Of a stretch of DNA of 64,000 bases, positions 60,771 to 64,000 are shown in pieces (positions within the stretch are counted from its first letter, which is position 1; the number at the start of each line of letters is the position of its first letter). Both the position numbers and the translations under genes were made by a program. Location of the stretch: contig CM068751.1 in NCBI GenBank assembly GCA_035084275.1, positions 16,678,001 through 16,742,000 on the forward strand, read 5' to 3'. Origin of the DNA: Hydrolagus colliei. Taxonomy: Eukaryota. The notes beneath the pieces are model-generated. The model was given only the letters and a program-made list of their open reading frames with translations. It was not told the DNA's origin and searched no databases.

Positions 60771-63700
60771 TTGAAAAGCTTCAGAGGGAGAAGAGGGTGA
60801 CAAGCTTCTGTGTTGGTCATAAGGATAAGATTTTCAATGCAATAGTTTGGGAGTATTTCAGCGGAGCAGGTTAATGTAAACTCCCAGCAGCCTTTCCCCT
60901 TCGTTGATGTCTCTTCATGGTTCTCATTTGGCCCCATTGGCTTCTTCATGGAAACTTAAGAGTAAGTGTCTCCACCAAGGTGCAGACACCTTGGTGTCAT
61001 GCTAACCTGTACTGAAAACTCCTCTCTGCTCTAACCTGAGGCAGCTGATCTCAGAGGGAAAAGTGTGTATGTCTAGCTCATCTGTAATGCCCCACCTCTG
61101 AGGCTCCTGACGTTCACAATCTCTGCTCTTACATCCAGGATTGCTCCTTGACCTTATTACCATACCACTCCCTCCAAGACACCAGCCTGCAGCAGGGGCC
61201 CTTTGTAATTGCAAGGTGTTGGTGTTGTTGTTGCTGATCGCTAAATAGGCCAGTGGCATATTGAAGGGGAGAAGTGACTTTGGTATATGGCCATTGTATA
61301 TATTGGGGCGGTGGTGGTGGGGTATAGTGGGGAAGGGTCTCTGGTACAATCTAGGAGCTCGTGTTGGAGATTGCTGATGTATCCCTGGCCGGGAGTATCT
61401 GGAGGAGGTGGAGGGTGGAATTTGTGCATTCCTGTGATTCATCCAACCGTGAAGAAAACTATTTGAGCTTTTAGTTTGCACAAGACATTAATTTTATGGT
61501 GCGTTTGTTTTGCAACAACCGGCTCCTGAAGCTGTCTGGGTCAGCGTGCTGTGGAAATGCTCTATTTATACCACAGTGGGGGTGGGAGTGGGAGTGGGGC
61601 GGAGGGCAGGGGAGGGAGGGGGGGTTAGATACCCTGCAAACACAACTAGCCAGTCAAGATCACCGTAGCTAATCCTCATCTGAGGATCCAGGCTCACTTT
61701 TCTGATACAAAGCAGCTTTTCTAGTCTCCGTTGCATCGCCCAGCTGGCCAAACCACACTTGTCATGAGTATTTAATGCCTTCTGGATGCAGAGGCCCGAG
61801 TCTGAGGCCTTGTCAAAATCGATCTCTCCAGGGAACTTGCGCATTCCAGGAGTAATCCGACCAATGCCGTGGAGGAATATTAAAGGATGTGGGGGAGCGA
61901 AGCAGCATGCTGAGAATCGATTAGCTTCCGCATGGGAGCCTGGTGCATAGGATAAGCCAACACGCGTGGTCAGAAGGTGGATACATAAAAGTTCTACCGT
62001 ACTGTAGTCATAATAATGCGGGTACAATGTACCAAGAGCAGTTTTAGAATAATGCTGCATCTGGAAAGTGCTGGCGTTTATCCATGAACATCGCTTGCGT
62101 GTTATCTATCGCAAGAGAGGCTTAGATGAACAAGAACCTTTGGTCCATTTGATCTCATCCTTCCAGACCCCCGCCACCCCCTTCACAGTGCTTTTGTCCT
62201 GAAGGAATCCTGCATCAAGGAAGAAAAAAGTATTTGCGCAGTGTGGAGAATAAAACATCTGTTTTCCCCCAGCTGTCAATCTACTGCCATCCAGTTCCAC
62301 TGTGTTTCCATTCCCGCTTTGCTTTGACATGTAATGTGCTGTAATGAGAGACTTAATATGATGTTTGCCTTGAGCTATTTTCTCTCCACACAAACGTTTA
62401 CCTTAAGCATGTGCTTGTGATGGGTGAGGTTAGATAAGTGTTACCTGTTGCAATTGGCACCAGGACAAGCAGGGACTCGATCTGGGCATTTTGCACCTGC
62501 CTTTAAATAAATTTACTTACTTCGCCCACAAAGCATGCAACAGCAAGTGAAGGGTATGGAGCGCATCACGTCGGGAGGAAGTCCCAGGTCGCTGGACAGT
62601 CAGGGATTCGGACCCGAGCAGGGGTTGGGATCAGGAGGGGAGCGGGCAGGGATAGGAGGTGGCCAAAGGCAACGGTCGAAGGTGAAAGTCTTGAGTTGTG
62701 CCTTGAAGGAGGCAAAGCGTGGAGCGAGGCTGAGGGACCGTGGTGTCGGCAGAAGGTGCTACTTCAAATGCAAGGATTATTATTACTTATTCGACAATGG
62801 TTAAAGCAGCCCACAGCACAGCAAGAAATTCCAAACTGATGAGCTCCTCGCTGTGTCCTGTCGGAGACTCCTCCAGACACCTTGCATTTGTTTATAAGAT
62901 CCTGCTGTGTACAAAAAGCCTGCTTTGTTTGGACCACAAATAAACTATTGCTCCCCTTGACAGCATTTATCTGTGAAGCTTTGAGACATTTTGCATTATA
63001 AGTGCCATATCGTGTACAAAGATTATTATAATTATTCACTTTAATTGGGTGATAAGCTATCAGTGTCTGTGCCGGCATTTTGAAAAGAGCTGTTCAAAGT
63101 CAATCCCACTTCCCCGGCTTTTTTTGATTGTATGATTAATATTAGGTAATTATTTATAATTATTCTAGATAATTATTATTATTATTATATTGACGATAGG
63201 CTATCTATGATTATTCTAGGTCCAATTAGTGGTATATGTCTATTGGGGGCTGTAAAGTGTGCCTTCAGTTCTGTTCATCGCATTTCATCATTCAATTTTA
63301 ATATTCTGTAGTTTTCTTTGTGAGGAGCCAATCTTTGTCCCTTTGCAGTTTAACATCCACTTAGTTTCCCTCCATGCGAACGCAGGCTGTCACAATGTCC
63401 ACGGCTCATTTTCATTCTTTCTAAATCCACCGAGAGGTAGTCTATAAATAAATGCGAGTTTTAAATATTCCATCAAGCTACCAACCAGGTCAGCAAAGTG
63501 TCACGGAGAGGCAATTGGAGCAAATCCTGGTTAAAAATGTACATGTTGTAAGCATGAGGGTCCGGCGGACTGAGCTAAGAAGACACAAAGTACATGGTCA
63601 AACCCAGAGAGTGCTCACACATCTCCCGACAATCAGAATTACTACATGGAACTGGAGACTGGGTTTGAGTGGAGTGTGTGTTGCAGCCAATGAAAGATTT

Positions 63701-64000
63701 AAAGCCCTCTCAGTAGGTATTAGAATTGTGGGGTTGAATTCCAGTGAAAAGAGATCTACTGTCACAACACATTCATTGCAGATATATCCGAGAGTGTGAG
63801 CAGCCCATCGCCGACTCAGAGCCTAGGTCATGTACTGCTCTTGCCTTAGCTAAAAGCACTGCTGTTACCACGGGAGCAAGAGTTCTAGATCCACGTGAGT
63901 GTGCCGCACATTCAAACCTTGAGTTGTATTTATTTTATTCCATCTGAAGTTTTAAGTGCAATGCAATCAATGACAATCTGAGTTGGATTCCAATCCACGT

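Noticed and set aside
60973-60996. Perfect 10-bp hairpin CACCAAGGTG-caga-CACCTTGGTG (also the 16-bp palindrome at 18900-18915)
   Set aside because: Too short for a pre-miRNA, isolated, and without supporting context.
61002-61481. 159-aa minus-strand ORF
   Set aside because: No recognisable domain or splice structure; partly overlaps degenerate repeat sequence.
61566-62060. 164-aa minus-strand ORF with IDFDKASDS, resembling the RT motif LDFSKAFD
   Set aside because: Single short motif with no other RT motifs in register; cannot be supported without a profile search.
59143-64000. Search for RING-domain exon 9 (DVCAICL..)
   Set aside because: No matching sequence seen; the gene continues beyond the window, so this is not evidence of a pseudogene.

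Overview
Vertebrate nuclear genomic DNA, most likely from a cartilaginous fish such as a chimaera (inferred from the SINE/LINE content, not proven). The + strand carries the 5' part of one split gene, RNF13 (PA-TM-RING E3 ubiquitin ligase). It has a GC-rich promoter with a 16-unit GC-box minisatellite, a probable non-coding exon 1, and seven coding exons (2-8) that encode signal peptide, PA domain, transmembrane helix and basic linker. All coding exons have GT-AG junctions and compatible phases. The RING exons lie beyond the window end. The remainder is intron, dense in tRNA-derived Deu-type SINEs, L2 and CR1 LINE remnants, and non-autonomous DNA transposons (one hAT, one Tc2-like, two Tigger-like). 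Most ORFs in the supplied track are spurious. I found no demonstrable new biological system. The best leads are: a stop-free in-frame ORF if exons 2-8 (or 2-5) back-splice into a circle, the transcription-factor-site minisatellite promoter, a templated local duplication inserted into an old SINE, a C/D-box-like cassette in intron 3, and covarying 3' hairpins shared by the SINE and L2 families.
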